Below the pieces are notes generated by a model that saw nothing but the letters and a program-made list of their open reading frames with translations, had not been told where the DNA came from and made no database searches. DNA of 64,000 bases from Gammaproteobacteria bacterium. GTDB lineage: Bacteria; Pseudomonadota; Gammaproteobacteria; Steroidobacterales; PWYM01. Below are positions 8,263-19,958 of the stretch, piece by piece. Position numbers and translations under genes: made by a program. The stretch covers positions 14,536 through 78,535 of the forward strand of contig RECU01000045.1 of the NCBI GenBank assembly GCA_007693855.1, read 5' to 3'. Position 1 is the stretch's first letter. Every line of letters begins with the position of its first letter.

Positions 8263-9018
8263 ATGAGCGCCGCTGCCTTGCGCCAGCGTATTTCCGAGCA
8301 GGAGTGGGCGCAACGCGTCAACCTTGCCGCCTGTTACCGCCTGGTCGCCCTGTATGGGTGGGACGATCTGGTGTTCACCCATATCTCCGCGCGCGTGCCC
8401 GGACGTCACGACGCCTTCCTGGTCAATCGCTATGGTGACCTGTTCGAGGAAGTGACCGCCTCCAGCCTGGTCAAGGTGGACCTCGAGGGGCGCATCCTCG
8501 AAGGCGAGGGCCCGGTGAACCCGGCCGGCTTCATCATCCACAGCGCGATCCACGAGGCGCGCCAGGATGCCGAGTGTTTGATCCACCTGCATTCGCGCGC
8601 CGGGGTAGCGGTGGCGGCGCAGGCGGAGGGGCTGCTGCCGATCTCGCAGATCTCGCTGTTTCCGCTGGCGTCGCTGGCCTATCACGACTACGAGGGCGTG
8701 GCACTGAATCCGGAGGAGAAGGCGCGGCTGGTGGCGGATCTTGGCCAGTGCGGTGCCATGCTGCTGCGCAATCACGGCACGCTCGCGCTCGGGCCCTCGA
8801 TTGCCGATGCCTTTCTGCTGATGTACACGCTGGAGCGTGCCTGCGAGACCCAGGTGCTTGCCCAGGCCGGCGGTGGCGCGTTGCGGCACGTGCCGGAGCC
8901 GATTCTCGCCGGCATCCAGGCGCAGGCGGCCGCGGCGACGGGCGGGCTTGGCGGCGAACTGGCCTGGCCTGCGCTGCTGCGGCGACTGAACCGGCTCGAC
9001 CCCTCCTACCAGCACTGA
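8263..9018 (+). CDS. Class II aldolase/adducin family protein
   Basis: GGGGAG Shine-Dalgarno. RVNLAACYRL..GWDDLVFTHISARVPG..IHSAIH..HLHS is a typical aldolase_II N-domain. Divergent from ggt. Confidence 0.8.
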   Translation: MSAAALRQRISEQEWAQRVNLAACYRLVALYGWDDLVFTHISARVPGRHDAFLVNRYGDLFEEVTASSLVKVDLEGRILEGEGPVNPAGFIIHSAIHEARQDAECLIHLHSRAGVAVAAQAEGLLPISQISLFPLASLAYHDYEGVALNPEEKARLVADLGQCGAMLLRNHGTLALGPSIADAFLLMYTLERACETQVLAQAGGGALRHVPEPILAGIQAQAAAATGGLGGELAWPALLRRLNRLDPSYQH

Positions 9019-9021
9019 GTC

Positions 9022-10401
9022 ATGGGCAATCTCGGCCTGCTGCTGGCCTTGGGGCTGTTGATCGGGCTGGTGCTGCGGGGCACCAACGTCATCCTGGCCT
9101 CACTGATCGCCGCCGTGGTGGTGGCGCTCAGCAATGGCCTGCCCATCGCCGAAAGCCTGCTCACACACTACGCCACCGGCCCGGCCGGCGCCTTCACCTT
9201 CGCCGGGCAGTTCTTTCTGATCTTCATCGCCGGGGCGGTGTTCGGCAAGGTGATGGCCGAGGCCCGGGCGACCACGCGCATTGCCGTGCTGTTTCGGGAT
9301 CTGCTGGGGCGGGAGCGGGTGCTGTGGGTGGTGATGCTGGCCTGCGCGCTGCTGACGTATGGCGGCGTGGTGGTGTTCGTGGTGATCTTCACCATCTACC
9401 CGCTGGCGCTGGATCTGGCGCGTGACGCGAATCTGCCCAAGCGGCTGATCGCCGGGGCGATCGCCCTGGGCGCGGGAACCTTCACGATGACCGCACTGCC
9501 CGGGGCGCCGTCCATCCATAACGTCATCGCCGCTCGGGGGCTTGGCACCGACCTGTTCGCCGCGCCTGGGCTGGGCCTGCTGGCAGCGGGCCTGATGATC
9601 GCGCTGGGTATGGCCTGGCTCGAGCGCGGTCGCCGGCGGGCGCTGGCCGCGGGCGAGGGCTTCGATCCGGCGCCGCACGAGCGCGTCCCTGAGGGCGAGG
9701 ACCTTGAGCAGGATCTGCCGCACTGGCTGACCGCGATCCTGCCGCTGGTCCTGGTGCTGGCGATCATCATCGTGCCGAGGCTGCTGGCGGCGCTGCTGCC
9801 CGACGAGGCGGAGGGGTCGGTGGCCCGGCTGGTGGCCTTCGCGGTGGCCGAGCCGGTGTTCTGGCCGAGCCTGGCGCTGGCCATCGGCACGCTGCTGGCC
9901 CTGGCGAGCTTCCCGCGCCTGGCCGGTCAGCGGCTGGCGAGCCTCGGCCGCGGCACCAATGATGCGATCCTGCCGATCATGAGCACCGCGGCGATCATCG
10001 GTTTCGGCGGCGTGGTGGTGCAGACGGGCGGATTCGCGCAGTTCAGCACCCTGGTGGTGGATGCCGGGCTGCCGCCGCTGCTCTCGGCCTTTCTGTCGAT
10101 CAGCACGGTGGCAGCCATCACCGGCTCAGCCTCCGGCGGCCTGCAGATCTTCATGGCCTCGCTGGCGCCGCGCTATCTCGAGATGGGCGTCGATCCGGAG
10201 GTGCTGCACCGGATCGCCACGCTGGCCTCCGGGGGCTTCGATTCACTGCCGCATTGCGGCGCGGTGGTCGTGATGATGGCCATCATGAGCCTGTCCTACC
10301 GCAACGCCTACCGCGATATCGCCGTGCTCACCATCGGCGTGCCGGTGATCGCGACGCTGGTGGTGCTGGGCGTGGCCGCGCTCAGCGGCGCAGCAGCATG
10401 A
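9022..10401 (+). CDS. GntP-family (gluconate/organic anion:H+) permease
   Basis: 459 aa and polytopic with a GntP-like N-terminus and central loop. Starts 3 nt after the aldolase stop. Confidence 0.65.
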   Translation: MGNLGLLLALGLLIGLVLRGTNVILASLIAAVVVALSNGLPIAESLLTHYATGPAGAFTFAGQFFLIFIAGAVFGKVMAEARATTRIAVLFRDLLGRERVLWVVMLACALLTYGGVVVFVVIFTIYPLALDLARDANLPKRLIAGAIALGAGTFTMTALPGAPSIHNVIAARGLGTDLFAAPGLGLLAAGLMIALGMAWLERGRRRALAAGEGFDPAPHERVPEGEDLEQDLPHWLTAILPLVLVLAIIIVPRLLAALLPDEAEGSVARLVAFAVAEPVFWPSLALAIGTLLALASFPRLAGQRLASLGRGTNDAILPIMSTAAIIGFGGVVVQTGGFAQFSTLVVDAGLPPLLSAFLSISTVAAITGSASGGLQIFMASLAPRYLEMGVDPEVLHRIATLASGGFDSLPHCGAVVVMMAIMSLSYRNAYRDIAVLTIGVPVIATLVVLGVAALSGAAA

Positions 10402-10723
10402 GCGGCGGCAGCAGGATAAGCGCGGCGGCGACGCCCGCGGCCAGCGAGGCCCCGAGCAGCGCGCCCCAGTCGAGCAGCCCGTAGAGATCGCTGAAGCCGG
10501 CCTGGGTCATCCCGGGCAGCACGAACACCGCCCCGAGCAGCACCACCAGCCCGGCGATGAGCGCCGGGCCGCGCGCCGCGGTAAACCGCGCGGCGGTGTT
10601 GCCGCCCCGCAGGGCCAGGACCAGCAGGACCAGGTCCACCAGCACGACCAGGGCGATCAGCCACAGGAAAGGCCGGAAGAACTCCAGGACGACGGCGAGA
10701 ATGCCTGCGAATGAAAATGCCAT
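10382..10723 (-). CDS. Small integral membrane protein, unknown function
   Basis: GGAGA Shine-Dalgarno, 18 nt downstream of the flavoprotein gene. Three predicted TM helices. The 3' end overlaps the gntP-like 3' end by 20 nt. Confidence 0.6.
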   Translation of the reverse strand: MAFSFAGILAVVLEFFRPFLWLIALVVLVDLVLLVLALRGGNTAARFTAARGPALIAGLVVLLGAVFVLPGMTQAGFSDLYGLLDWGALLGASLAAGVAAALILLPPLMLLRR

Positions 10724-10741
10724 GGTGCTTGTCTCCTTCCG

Positions 10742-12094
10742 TCAGACCCGGCCGCGAAGCATGGCGTTGTAGGCCGCCTGCAGGAACCGATCCTTCATCA
10801 CCCACGGCACCCAATGCTCGGTGTAGGGGTCGATGAAGGGGAAGGAGGGCACCATCTTCGCCTCGTAGTCGAACTCGACCAGGATGGCGCGTCCCACCTC
10901 GGTGATCAGCGGGCAGGAAGTGTAGCCGTCGTAGGCCATGGTCATCTCCCGGTCCGCGATCATCGCGGTGAGGTTGGCCACCGCCACCGGCACCTGGGCC
11001 TTGACGCTCGCGGCGGTCTTGCCCATAGGGACGCCGTTGATGTCACCGGTGCCGAAGATGTTCGGGTAGCGCCGGTGCTGCAGCGTGTACATGTCCACCT
11101 CGAGCCAGTGGCCGATGGCGTGCTCGCCCTCCTGCCAGGGCAGGGGACTGGCCGCCAGCGAGGCCGGTGCCGACATGGTCGGGACCACGTGGATGACGTC
11201 GTAGGCGAGGGTGCGTTCACCGTCGGGTGTGGCGAACGTCGCCTCCCGACGCGGGGCGTCGATGCGCAGCAGCCGGTGGTGCTGTTCGACCTCGATGCCG
11301 CGCCGCGGGAATTCAGTTTTCAGGAACCGGTCGATGTCCGGTTGCGAAAACATCCCCGTGGCCGGGATGGTGTAGTGCAGGCGGGCGCGGTCGCGGCCAC
11401 CGCGCTGGCGCAGCCGGTGTTCGGTCAGCAGTGCCGTCTTCACCGGTGCGCCGGCGCACTTGATCGCGCCCGGTGGGCGGGTGAACACGCCGGTGCCGCC
11501 ACGCTCGGCGAACTCGCGGAAGACCTGCCAGCTGAGCGAAGTGGCCTGCGGGCTGGCGTACACGCTGGCGATGCCATGCTGGCCGATCAGCGCTGTCGAC
11601 ATGCCCTCGATCTGGTCATAGTCCAGCGCCAGACCGGTGGCGATCACGAGGTAGTCGTAGTCGACGATCTGGCCATCGTCGGTGACCACGCGGTTGGCGT
11701 CGGGGTCGTACTCGGCGACCATCGACTGGATCCAGTTGACCCCGGCCGGAATGTAGCGGGCGTTGTCGTCGACCAGCTTGTGCTGCGGCCAGACGCCGGT
11801 CGCGACCAGCGTGAAGCCGGGCTGGTACCAGTGCTCCCGCCGGGCGTCGATGAGGGTGATACTGGCACCGTCGAGCAGACGGGTCAGTCGATTGGCCGCG
11901 GCGATGCCTGCGGCACCCGCGCCGACGATCACCACTCTGGCGCGGGTGCGGACCGCCGAGGCCTCAGCGGTGCGGACGTGCCCGGCCGCGGCGGCGACAG
12001 CCCCCAGGCCGGCGATCCCGCCCAGCAACTGGCGTCGATTGAGAACATGGGATGGGCCGCCCTGCGTGCGGCCGCTGAAACGCGTCGTATCCAT
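10742..12094 (-). CDS. Tat-exported FAD-dependent pyridine nucleotide-disulfide oxidoreductase (sulfide:quinone reductase / flavocytochrome-c sulfide dehydrogenase FccB-like)
   Basis: GGAGGGGG Shine-Dalgarno before the ATG at 12094. Twin-arginine signal NRRQLLGG. VVIVGAGAAG FAD motif. C-terminal TGDINGVP.GKTAA. The track ORF extends falsely upstream into ffs. Confidence 0.75.
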   Translation of the reverse strand: MDTTRFSGRTQGGPSHVLNRRQLLGGIAGLGAVAAAAGHVRTAEASAVRTRARVVIVGAGAAGIAAANRLTRLLDGASITLIDARREHWYQPGFTLVATGVWPQHKLVDDNARYIPAGVNWIQSMVAEYDPDANRVVTDDGQIVDYDYLVIATGLALDYDQIEGMSTALIGQHGIASVYASPQATSLSWQVFREFAERGGTGVFTRPPGAIKCAGAPVKTALLTEHRLRQRGGRDRARLHYTIPATGMFSQPDIDRFLKTEFPRRGIEVEQHHRLLRIDAPRREATFATPDGERTLAYDVIHVVPTMSAPASLAASPLPWQEGEHAIGHWLEVDMYTLQHRRYPNIFGTGDINGVPMGKTAASVKAQVPVAVANLTAMIADREMTMAYDGYTSCPLITEVGRAILVEFDYEAKMVPSFPFIDPYTEHWVPWVMKDRFLQAAYNAMLRGRV

Positions 12095-12236
12095 ACAGAC
12101 CCCCTCCGTGTACCTCTCGCAGTATCGCCAACAGCGCGCTGCGGGAAACCGGGGGAAGTCACTACTGCACTTCGGGATCGCGAAGGCGGTGCGCCGGCTC
12201 CCTGTCGCCTCGGGAGCCGTCCTGTTAAAGTTGCAG

Positions 12237-12352
<116 letters not shown>

Positions 12353-12429
12353 TTGAATTTCGTGGCCGGCCGCGAGCGCATCGGGCGTTCGCGGCCGCGC
12401 CGGTCGTCCTCCACGCAACGGGTGTTCCC

Positions 12430-14154
12430 TTGAGCTACACCGTTCTCGCCCGCAAGTGGCGGCCCAGGCAGTTCGACGAGATGATCGGCCAGGAGCATGT
12501 GCTGCGGGCGCTGATCAATTCGCTCGAGCACGACCGGCTGCATCATGCCTATCTGTTCACCGGAACCCGCGGCGTGGGCAAGACCACCGTGGCGCGCGTG
12601 CTGGCCAAGGCCCTGAACTGCGAGACCGGCATCACGGCACGGCCCTGTGGCGAGTGTCGGGCCTGTACCGGGATCGATCAGGGGCGTTTTGTCGACCTCA
12701 TCGAAGTCGACGCCGCCTCACGCACCAAGGTTGACGATACGCGCGAGCTGTTGGACAACGTTCAGTACGCGCCCACCAACGGGCGCTTCAAGGTGTATCT
12801 CATCGACGAGGTGCACATGCTCTCGACGCATTCCTTCAACGCGCTGCTGAAGACGCTCGAGGAGCCGCCGCCGCACGTCAAGTTTCTGCTGGCGACCACC
12901 GATCCTCAGAAATTGCCGGTGACCGTGCTGTCGCGGTGTCTCCAGTTCAATCTCAAGCGCCTCGCCCCTGAGGCCTTGGCGGGCCATCTCGAGCGTCTCT
13001 GCCAGGCGGAGGACGTTGCGGCCGAGCCGCGGGCATTGACGCTGCTGGCCGCGGCGGCCAAGGGCAGCGTCCGCGACAGCCTGAGCCTGCTCGATCAGGC
13101 CATCGCCTACGGGGGCGGGCGGGTGACCAGCGATGAGGTCGCCGAGATGCTGGGGACCATCGACCGTGACCAGGTGCTGCGGGTGCTCGAGGCGCTGGCG
13201 CGCGGGGATGGGCGCAGCCTGCTGGCGTGCGTGGCGGCCATGGACGAACGCGCGCCCGACTATGATGCCGGGTTGCAGGCGCTGGCCGAGCTGTTGCAGC
13301 GCATTGCGGTGATGCAGCTGGTCGACCCTGGCCTGGAAGAGGGCCCCGAACGGGAGGCCTTGCTGGCGCTCGCCGAGGCACTCAGCCCGGAAGCCGTGCA
13401 GCTGTACTACCAGATCGCGCTGCTGGGGCGGCGTGAACTCGAACTTGCGGACGCCCAGCGTGGGGCTTTCGAGATGACCCTGCTGCGGATGCTGGCGATG
13501 CAGCCGGCCGGCGGTTCGGCAGGCGCCGCCGACACCGGCGGGGCGGGGCAGGTTGCCGGCAGTCCTGCAACACGCCCCAAGGTGACAGCAGCCGTGACAG
13601 CGCCTGTGACGACGGCTGCGGTCGCCGACGCGGCGGCACCGCCCGAGGCGGTGCGCCATTCGCGGCCGGCCGCCGCACGCACCGCGGCGACACCGAGCCG
13701 TGTGGCGCCTGCGTCCGCAACACCGGCCGCGGCGTCTGCCCCGCCGCACGCAGGTGCGCCCGAGACGTCCGACTGGGCTTCGCTGATCGCTGCGGCAGGC
13801 CTCCGGGGCGCGGCCCTGCAGCTCGCCAGTCACTGCGTGCTGGTCTCGCGTGAAGGCCGCCGCTGGCGCCTGGCGCTGGATGCAGCCGGTGCCCACATGA
13901 ACACGGTGAATATCCGTGGCAAGCTTGAGCAGGAATTGTCGGCCCACCTCGGCGAGCCTGTGGAACTTGCGATCGGCCAGGCCGGGCAACCAGCGCCGAC
14001 GCCGGCGCGACGACAGGCCGAAGCGCGCGACGCGCGCCTGCAGGCCGCGCGCGACGCCCTGGCGGCCGATCCGAATGTCCGGGCGCTGGAAGAGACCTTC
14101 GATGCGACCCTGCACCTCGAGTCGGTGCAGCCGTTGCCGTCTCGGGATAGCTAG
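12430..14154 (+). CDS. dnaX: DNA polymerase III subunit gamma/tau
   Basis: The TTG start gives MSYTVLARKWRPRQF. Walker A GTRGVGKTT. LIDEVHMLS. Ala/Pro-rich linker and tau C-terminal domain. Confidence 0.93.
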   Translation: MSYTVLARKWRPRQFDEMIGQEHVLRALINSLEHDRLHHAYLFTGTRGVGKTTVARVLAKALNCETGITARPCGECRACTGIDQGRFVDLIEVDAASRTKVDDTRELLDNVQYAPTNGRFKVYLIDEVHMLSTHSFNALLKTLEEPPPHVKFLLATTDPQKLPVTVLSRCLQFNLKRLAPEALAGHLERLCQAEDVAAEPRALTLLAAAAKGSVRDSLSLLDQAIAYGGGRVTSDEVAEMLGTIDRDQVLRVLEALARGDGRSLLACVAAMDERAPDYDAGLQALAELLQRIAVMQLVDPGLEEGPEREALLALAEALSPEAVQLYYQIALLGRRELELADAQRGAFEMTLLRMLAMQPAGGSAGAADTGGAGQVAGSPATRPKVTAAVTAPVTTAAVADAAAPPEAVRHSRPAAARTAATPSRVAPASATPAAASAPPHAGAPETSDWASLIAAAGLRGAALQLASHCVLVSREGRRWRLALDAAGAHMNTVNIRGKLEQELSAHLGEPVELAIGQAGQPAPTPARRQAEARDARLQAARDALAADPNVRALEETFDATLHLESVQPLPSRDS

Positions 14155-14190
14155 AATTAATTTAAATCAAAGCCTTATGGAGCATAGCTT

Positions 14191-14514
14191 ATGAAGGGTG
14201 GACTCGGTGCGCTGATGAAGCAGGCGCAGGAAATGCAGGCCAACATGGAACGGGCCCAGCAGGAGCTGGCGGACCTGGTGGTCGTCGGGGAGGCCGGTGG
14301 CGGGATGGTCAAGGTGCACATGACGTGCAAGCATGAAGTGCGCAATGTCGAGATCGATGACAGCCTGATGGGCGATGATCGCGACATGTTGGAGGACCTC
14401 ATCGCCGCCGCCTGCAACGATGCGACGGCCCGTGTGGCCCGTACCACCCAGGAGAAATTCGCCGGGATGACCGCCGGTTTGAACCTGCCCCCGGGGATGA
14501 AGCTGCCGTTCTGA
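14191..14514 (+). CDS. ybaB: Nucleoid-associated protein YbaB/EbfC
   Basis: 107 aa. [18 protein letters not shown]... is typical of the family. dnaX-ybaB-recR synteny. Confidence 0.93.
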   Translation: MKGGLGALMKQAQEMQANMERAQQELADLVVVGEAGGGMVKVHMTCKHEVRNVEIDDSLMGDDRDMLEDLIAAACNDATARVARTTQEKFAGMTAGLNLPPGMKLPF

Positions 14515-14581
14515 GGGCCTGGGCCGGTCCGGCCTCAGATCGTTTCGAGGTTGAATTGTATATTAATATCAGGCAGTTATT

Positions 14582-15208
14582 TTGAGTTTCTCGCCTATTG
14601 TCAAGGAGCTGGTAGAGGCGCTCAAGGCCCTGCCGGGCGTCGGCCGGAAGTCCGCGCAGCGCATGGCCTTTCATCTGCTGGAGCGTGATCGTGAGGGGGC
14701 CCGGCGGCTGGCGGCGGGGCTGCAGAGCGCAGTCGAGAAAGTCGGCCATTGCCAGCGCTGCCGCATGCTCACCGAAGAGACGATCTGCGGGATCTGCCGC
14801 TCGCCGGCCCGCGACCCGCGCCTGGTCTGCGTCGTCGAGACTCCGGCCGATGTGCTGGCCATCGAGGACTCCGGCGCTTATGGCGGACAGTATTTCGTCC
14901 TCATGGGGCATCTCTCGCCGCTGGATGGCATCGGGCCCGATGAGCTTGGCCTGGATGTCCTGGACACCCGGCTGGCGGCCGGCGAGATCGATGAACTCAT
15001 TCTGGCCACCGGCACGACGGTCGAAGGCGATGCCACCGCCGAGCTGATCGGCGAACTGGCGGCGGCCCACGGGGTCGCCGCATCGCGTATCGCCCATGGG
15101 GTCCCGATCGGCGGGGATCTCGAGTATGTGGATGCTGGCACGCTGTCGCGGGCCCTCACCGGGCGCCTGCGCCTGGCGGGGCGGCCTGCGGGCGTGGAAG
15201 ACGCCTGA
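14582..15208 (+). CDS. recR: Recombination protein RecR
   Basis: TTG start. [17 protein letters not shown] helix-hairpin-helix. C4 zinc finger [16 protein letters not shown]. Toprim domain. Confidence 0.93.
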   Translation: MSFSPIVKELVEALKALPGVGRKSAQRMAFHLLERDREGARRLAAGLQSAVEKVGHCQRCRMLTEETICGICRSPARDPRLVCVVETPADVLAIEDSGAYGGQYFVLMGHLSPLDGIGPDELGLDVLDTRLAAGEIDELILATGTTVEGDATAELIGELAAAHGVAASRIAHGVPIGGDLEYVDAGTLSRALTGRLRLAGRPAGVEDA

Positions 15209-15233
15209 TCACCCAACGCCCGGAGTGGAAAGC

Positions 15234-15596
15234 ATGTCAGAGAGTGTCAGTGACCCGGAATGTCTGTTCTGCCGAATCGTCGCAGGCGAGATTCCGGCGG
15301 ATCGGCTGTATGAGGATGACGAGATCCTCGCCTTCCGCGATGTGAATCCGCAGGCGCCCTTCCATGCGCTGATCATCCCGAAAACCCACATCGCCACGCT
15401 GAACGACGCGACGCCCGCGCAGGCGACGCTGCTCGGTCGCCTCATGGCCGTGGCTACGGGTATCGCCGTCGAACAGGGTTTTGCCGAGGCCGGTTACCGC
15501 ACGGTGATGAACTGCAACAGCGACGGTGGGCAATCGGTTTACCACATCCACCTGCACCTGCTGGCCGGTCGGCGCCTCGCCTGGCCGCCCGGCTGA
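15234..15596 (+). CDS. Histidine triad (HIT) family nucleotide hydrolase
   Basis: CLFCRIV..., and the HIHLHLL HxHxHxx motif. GGAG Shine-Dalgarno. The track ORF start is trimmed. Confidence 0.9.
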   Translation: MSESVSDPECLFCRIVAGEIPADRLYEDDEILAFRDVNPQAPFHALIIPKTHIATLNDATPAQATLLGRLMAVATGIAVEQGFAEAGYRTVMNCNSDGGQSVYHIHLHLLAGRRLAWPPG

Positions 15597-15617
15597 GCGC
15601 CCGGCTGAGCGTCTGAC

Positions 15618-16628
15618 TCAGCCGCGTCTGCGGGCGTCCGGGCGGTCGAATTTCGCCGCCAGCCGCACAAGATCCAGATAGCTTGCATAGCGGCGTGCGC
15701 TGATCGCGCCTTCGGCCACCGCGCGTTTTACGGCGCAGTCGGGCTCATCCTGGTGCAGGCAGTTGGCGAAGCGGCAGTCGGGTGCCGCGCGTTCGATTTC
15801 GCAGAACCCCTGCTGCACGCGCGCCGGCGGCGGCAGGGGCGGGCTGTAGCCGCGCACGCCGGGGAAGTCGATGACCATGCCTCCACCCGCGAGACGGTGG
15901 GCGAGGGCGGTGGTGGTGGTGTGCCGGCCCTCGCCAGACCTCGCCGAGACCTCGCCGACGGCCTGCGCGGCCGCCGGCACCAGCCGGTTGACCAGGGACG
16001 ATTTGCCGACCCCGGACTGTCCGACCAGGCTGCTGACCTCGCCGGCCAGTCGCCGCGCGAGCGCCTCGAGACCGGCGCCGTCGAGTGCCGAGCATTCGAT
16101 CACCTCGTAGCCGAGCGCGCGGTATTCTGCGAGCAGTTCGCCGGCGCCCGGACCTGTGCCCGCCGCCACCTCGATGCGGTTCACCGGTTCCTCCGGGATG
16201 ATGGGCGGGCGGCCGCGCCCGGTCAGGTCCGCTTTGTTGCTGACCACGCAGGCCGACAGATCGAGCAGCCTGGCGGCACACAGGTAACGGTCCACCAGCA
16301 ACGGATCCGGAGGCGGCTGCGTTGCGATCACGACCACGAGCTGGGTGAGGTTCGCGGCCAGCGGCTCGGCGCGGCCCCGGCTGTCGATCCGCTCGAGACA
16401 GTTCTCACGCGGCTCCAGGTGCTCGATGCGGCCCGTATCGCCCGCGTGTCCGGGCAGGCTGAAGCGAATCCGGTCGCCGACCAGCGGGCGCAGGTCGCGC
16501 CGTCCCGCCAGGCAGCGGTGGCGCTGGCCGTGGGCATCCTCGACCAGGAATTCGCGGCGATAACGCGCTACCACGAGTCCGGCGACGGTGGCGTCAGGTC
16601 GGCTGGCGGGCGCGTCTACAGGCGGCAT
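15618..16628 (-). CDS. rsgA: Ribosome small-subunit-dependent GTPase A
   Basis: [13 protein letters not shown]-loop. Zinc knuckle [16 protein letters not shown]. The ATG at 16628 is preferred over the TTG at 16637. Confidence 0.92.
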   Translation of the reverse strand: MPPVDAPASRPDATVAGLVVARYRREFLVEDAHGQRHRCLAGRRDLRPLVGDRIRFSLPGHAGDTGRIEHLEPRENCLERIDSRGRAEPLAANLTQLVVVIATQPPPDPLLVDRYLCAARLLDLSACVVSNKADLTGRGRPPIIPEEPVNRIEVAAGTGPGAGELLAEYRALGYEVIECSALDGAGLEALARRLAGEVSSLVGQSGVGKSSLVNRLVPAAAQAVGEVSARSGEGRHTTTTALAHRLAGGGMVIDFPGVRGYSPPLPPPARVQQGFCEIERAAPDCRFANCLHQDEPDCAVKRAVAEGAISARRYASYLDLVRLAAKFDRPDARRRG

Positions 16629-16711
16629 GGGGGGCAAGTATATGCGCGGTTTCCCGTGAGGCGGCAGCGGCTATACTGAGGGATGTCGGTAACTTCGGAG
16701 TCCTGACCACC

Positions 16712-17290
16712 ATGCAATGCCGAGAGGACAACCTCGTGTGGCTCGATCTCGAGATGACCGGGCTCGACCCGGAGCGCGACCGTATCATCGAGATCGCCAC
16801 CGTCGTCACCGATCGCTATCTCAACGTGCTGGCCGAGGGGCCGGTCATGGCCATCCACCAGGATGACGCGGCGCTGGCGGGCATGGATGAGTGGAACACC
16901 GAGCAGCATGGCCGCTCCGGGCTGACCCAGCGGGTCCGCGCCAGCGCCATGACGGAGCGCGAGGCGGAGCTGATCACGCTCACGTTTCTGCGCAACTGGG
17001 TACCGGCTGGCTGTTCGCCGATGTGCGGCAACAGCATCTGCCAGGACCGGCGTTTCCTGGTGCGCTACATGCCGGAGCTGGCGGCCTGGTTTCATTACCG
17101 CAACCTCGACGTCTCCACGCTGAAGATTCTGGCGCGGCTCTGGGCGCCGGATGTCGCCGATGCCTTCGGTAAGGAATCCAGTCACCTGGCCCTGGCGGAC
17201 ATTCACGACTCGATCGCCGAGCTGCAGCACTATCGGGAATACCTCTTGCGACCTGAGCTTGGGGCCGCTGCGAGCATGCGAAAGTCATGA
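16712..17290 (+). CDS. orn: Oligoribonuclease
   Basis: [20 protein letters not shown] DEDDh exonuclease motif and the C-terminal [14 protein letters not shown]. Divergent from rsgA, as in many gammaproteobacteria. Confidence 0.93.
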   Translation: MQCREDNLVWLDLEMTGLDPERDRIIEIATVVTDRYLNVLAEGPVMAIHQDDAALAGMDEWNTEQHGRSGLTQRVRASAMTEREAELITLTFLRNWVPAGCSPMCGNSICQDRRFLVRYMPELAAWFHYRNLDVSTLKILARLWAPDVADAFGKESSHLALADIHDSIAELQHYREYLLRPELGAAASMRKS

Positions 17291-17922
17291 GTCGCCTGGC
17301 GTATTCACCCGCCTGCGAGCGCAACCGCGAGCCGATCCTGGCGGTGCTGGGTGAGGTGTTCTCAGATCGGCGCAGCGTGCTCGAGGTGGGCTCGGGGACG
17401 GGCCAGCACGCGGTGTTTTTCGCCGCCGCACTAAGCCCCCTGGTGTGGCGTACCAGTGATCTGCCAGAACACCATGCGGGCATCCTCGGCTGGATCCGCG
17501 AGTCCGGCCTGGAGAATGTGCGCGCGCCGCTGCCACTGGACGTCTCCGACACCCCGTGGCCGGCGCTCCCGCCGGTCGACGCCGCCTTCAGTGCCAACAC
17601 CGCGCACATCATGGGCTGGGATGCCGTCTGCGACATGTTCGCGGGGCTGGGCGAGCGTCTGCCGCCAGAGGCACCGTTTTGCCTCTACGGGCCCTTCAAC
17701 CGGGCCGGGCGATTCACCAGCGAGAGCAACCGCGAGTTCGACGCCTCCCTGCGCCTGCGTGATCCCCGGATGGGCATCCGCGACCTCGGCCTGCTCGAGA
17801 AGCTCGCGGCGGACACCGGCTTCGTGCTGGCGGCAGACCATGCCATGCCTGCCAACAACGCCCTGCTGGTCTGGCGCCGGACAAAAAAAACCCCGCCCGA
17901 GGGCGGGGTCGAGACGCGTTGA
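17287..17922 (+). CDS. DUF938 family SAM-dependent methyltransferase-like protein
   Basis: ATGA overlap with orn. [12 protein letters not shown] and [11 protein letters not shown] motifs. Confidence 0.75.
   Translation: MSRLAYSPACERNREPILAVLGEVFSDRRSVLEVGSGTGQHAVFFAAALSPLVWRTSDLPEHHAGILGWIRESGLENVRAPLPLDVSDTPWPALPPVDAAFSANTAHIMGWDAVCDMFAGLGERLPPEAPFCLYGPFNRAGRFTSESNREFDASLRLRDPRMGIRDLGLLEKLAADTGFVLAADHAMPANNALLVWRRTKKTPPEGGVETR
17883..17909 (-). terminator. Rho-independent terminator for the DUF4168 gene
   Basis: The minus strand reads GACCCCGCCC-TCG-GGCGGGG followed by T8. It overlaps the last codons of the convergent DUF938 gene. Confidence 0.7.
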
Positions 17923-17964
17923 CCGGCGCTCACGACTGCCGGCGGTCGGTCATCATGGCAGGCC

Positions 17965-18387
17965 TTATCCGCCCATCCGATCCTCGAGTCGGGCCATGAC
18001 GTCCTCGCGGAGGTCGATATCCGTGTTCATCTGCTGCGCGATGCGATTGTAGGTCTCGACGGTCAGCCCGGTGTCGATCACCGCCTGCACCATTTCCTCC
18101 TGGGCGCGCTGCTGGATGTCCTGCGCCTCGGCAGGGTCGCCCGCCTGCTCCATCTCCTGGGAGGCCGAGGTCTGGATGCTCTGGACCTCGACGAACGCAT
18201 CGGCGAAGTTCTCCAGCGTCGCGTCATCGTAGGACTCGGCGTGCTGCTCACCCCCGAAGCCCTGTGCGGCACCACCCTGTTGTGGCTCATCGTACTGCGC
18301 GGCCAGGGCCACGGGCGCCACAGCGAGTGGGCTGGCGGCCAGGGCGGTGATGACGCTACGACGGATGAGATGCTTGAGAGGCTGCAT
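17965..18387 (-). CDS. Periplasmic DUF4168-like helical protein
   Basis: Signal peptide ...ALAAQ. Repeated acidic helical segments (FADAFVEVQSIQ..., VETYNRIAQQMNTD) typical of DUF4168. AGGAG Shine-Dalgarno. Confidence 0.7.
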   Translation of the reverse strand: MQPLKHLIRRSVITALAASPLAVAPVALAAQYDEPQQGGAAQGFGGEQHAESYDDATLENFADAFVEVQSIQTSASQEMEQAGDPAEAQDIQQRAQEEMVQAVIDTGLTVETYNRIAQQMNTDIDLREDVMARLEDRMGG

Positions 18388-18422
18388 AAGATGCTCCTGA
18401 TCATGGATTCACAGGAGATAGC

Positions 18423-18438
18423 AGCAAGTCCCATGCCA
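18423..18438 (-). promoter_or_regulatory. Sigma-54 (-24/-12) promoter upstream of the DUF4168 gene
   Basis: The minus strand reads TGGCAT-GGGAC-TTGCT. This has the exact GG-N10-GC spacing and a near-consensus TGGCAC-N5-TTGCW, about 35 nt upstream of the ATG. Confidence 0.75.
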
Positions 18439-18515
18439 TCTTTTTAAGTCATTGAAAATAGTATGATTAAAGAACTGGTGGCGTCTCTGGCAGGCCTCGA
18501 CACTGCGCGCTGAAG

Positions 18516-18532
18516 TGTGTCGTTGCGACACA
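18516..18532. promoter_or_regulatory. Candidate enhancer (UAS) palindrome TGTGTCG-TTG-CGACACA
   Basis: Perfect 7-3-7 inverted repeat about 80-95 bp upstream of the -24/-12 element and just downstream of the sigma-54 activator gene stop. Confidence 0.5.
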
Positions 18533-18545
18533 TGACGCGATCTGC

Positions 18546-19954
<1,409 letters not shown>

Positions 19955-19958
<4 letters not shown>

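Noticed and set aside
12430-14154. Looked for a programmed -1 frameshift site (A AAA AAG-type slippery heptamer plus hairpin) in dnaX, as used to make the gamma subunit.
   Set aside because: No A-rich slippery heptamer is visible in the coding sequence. Nothing supports frameshifting here.
15587-15623. Tandem 12-nt duplication GCCCGGCTGAGC x2 spanning the HIT stop codon, plus the hairpin GGCTGAG-N7-CTCAGCC overlapping the rsgA stop.
   Set aside because: A two-copy micro-duplication in a convergent 21-nt spacer is most simply a replication-slippage scar or weak terminator stem. It has no T tract or further structure.
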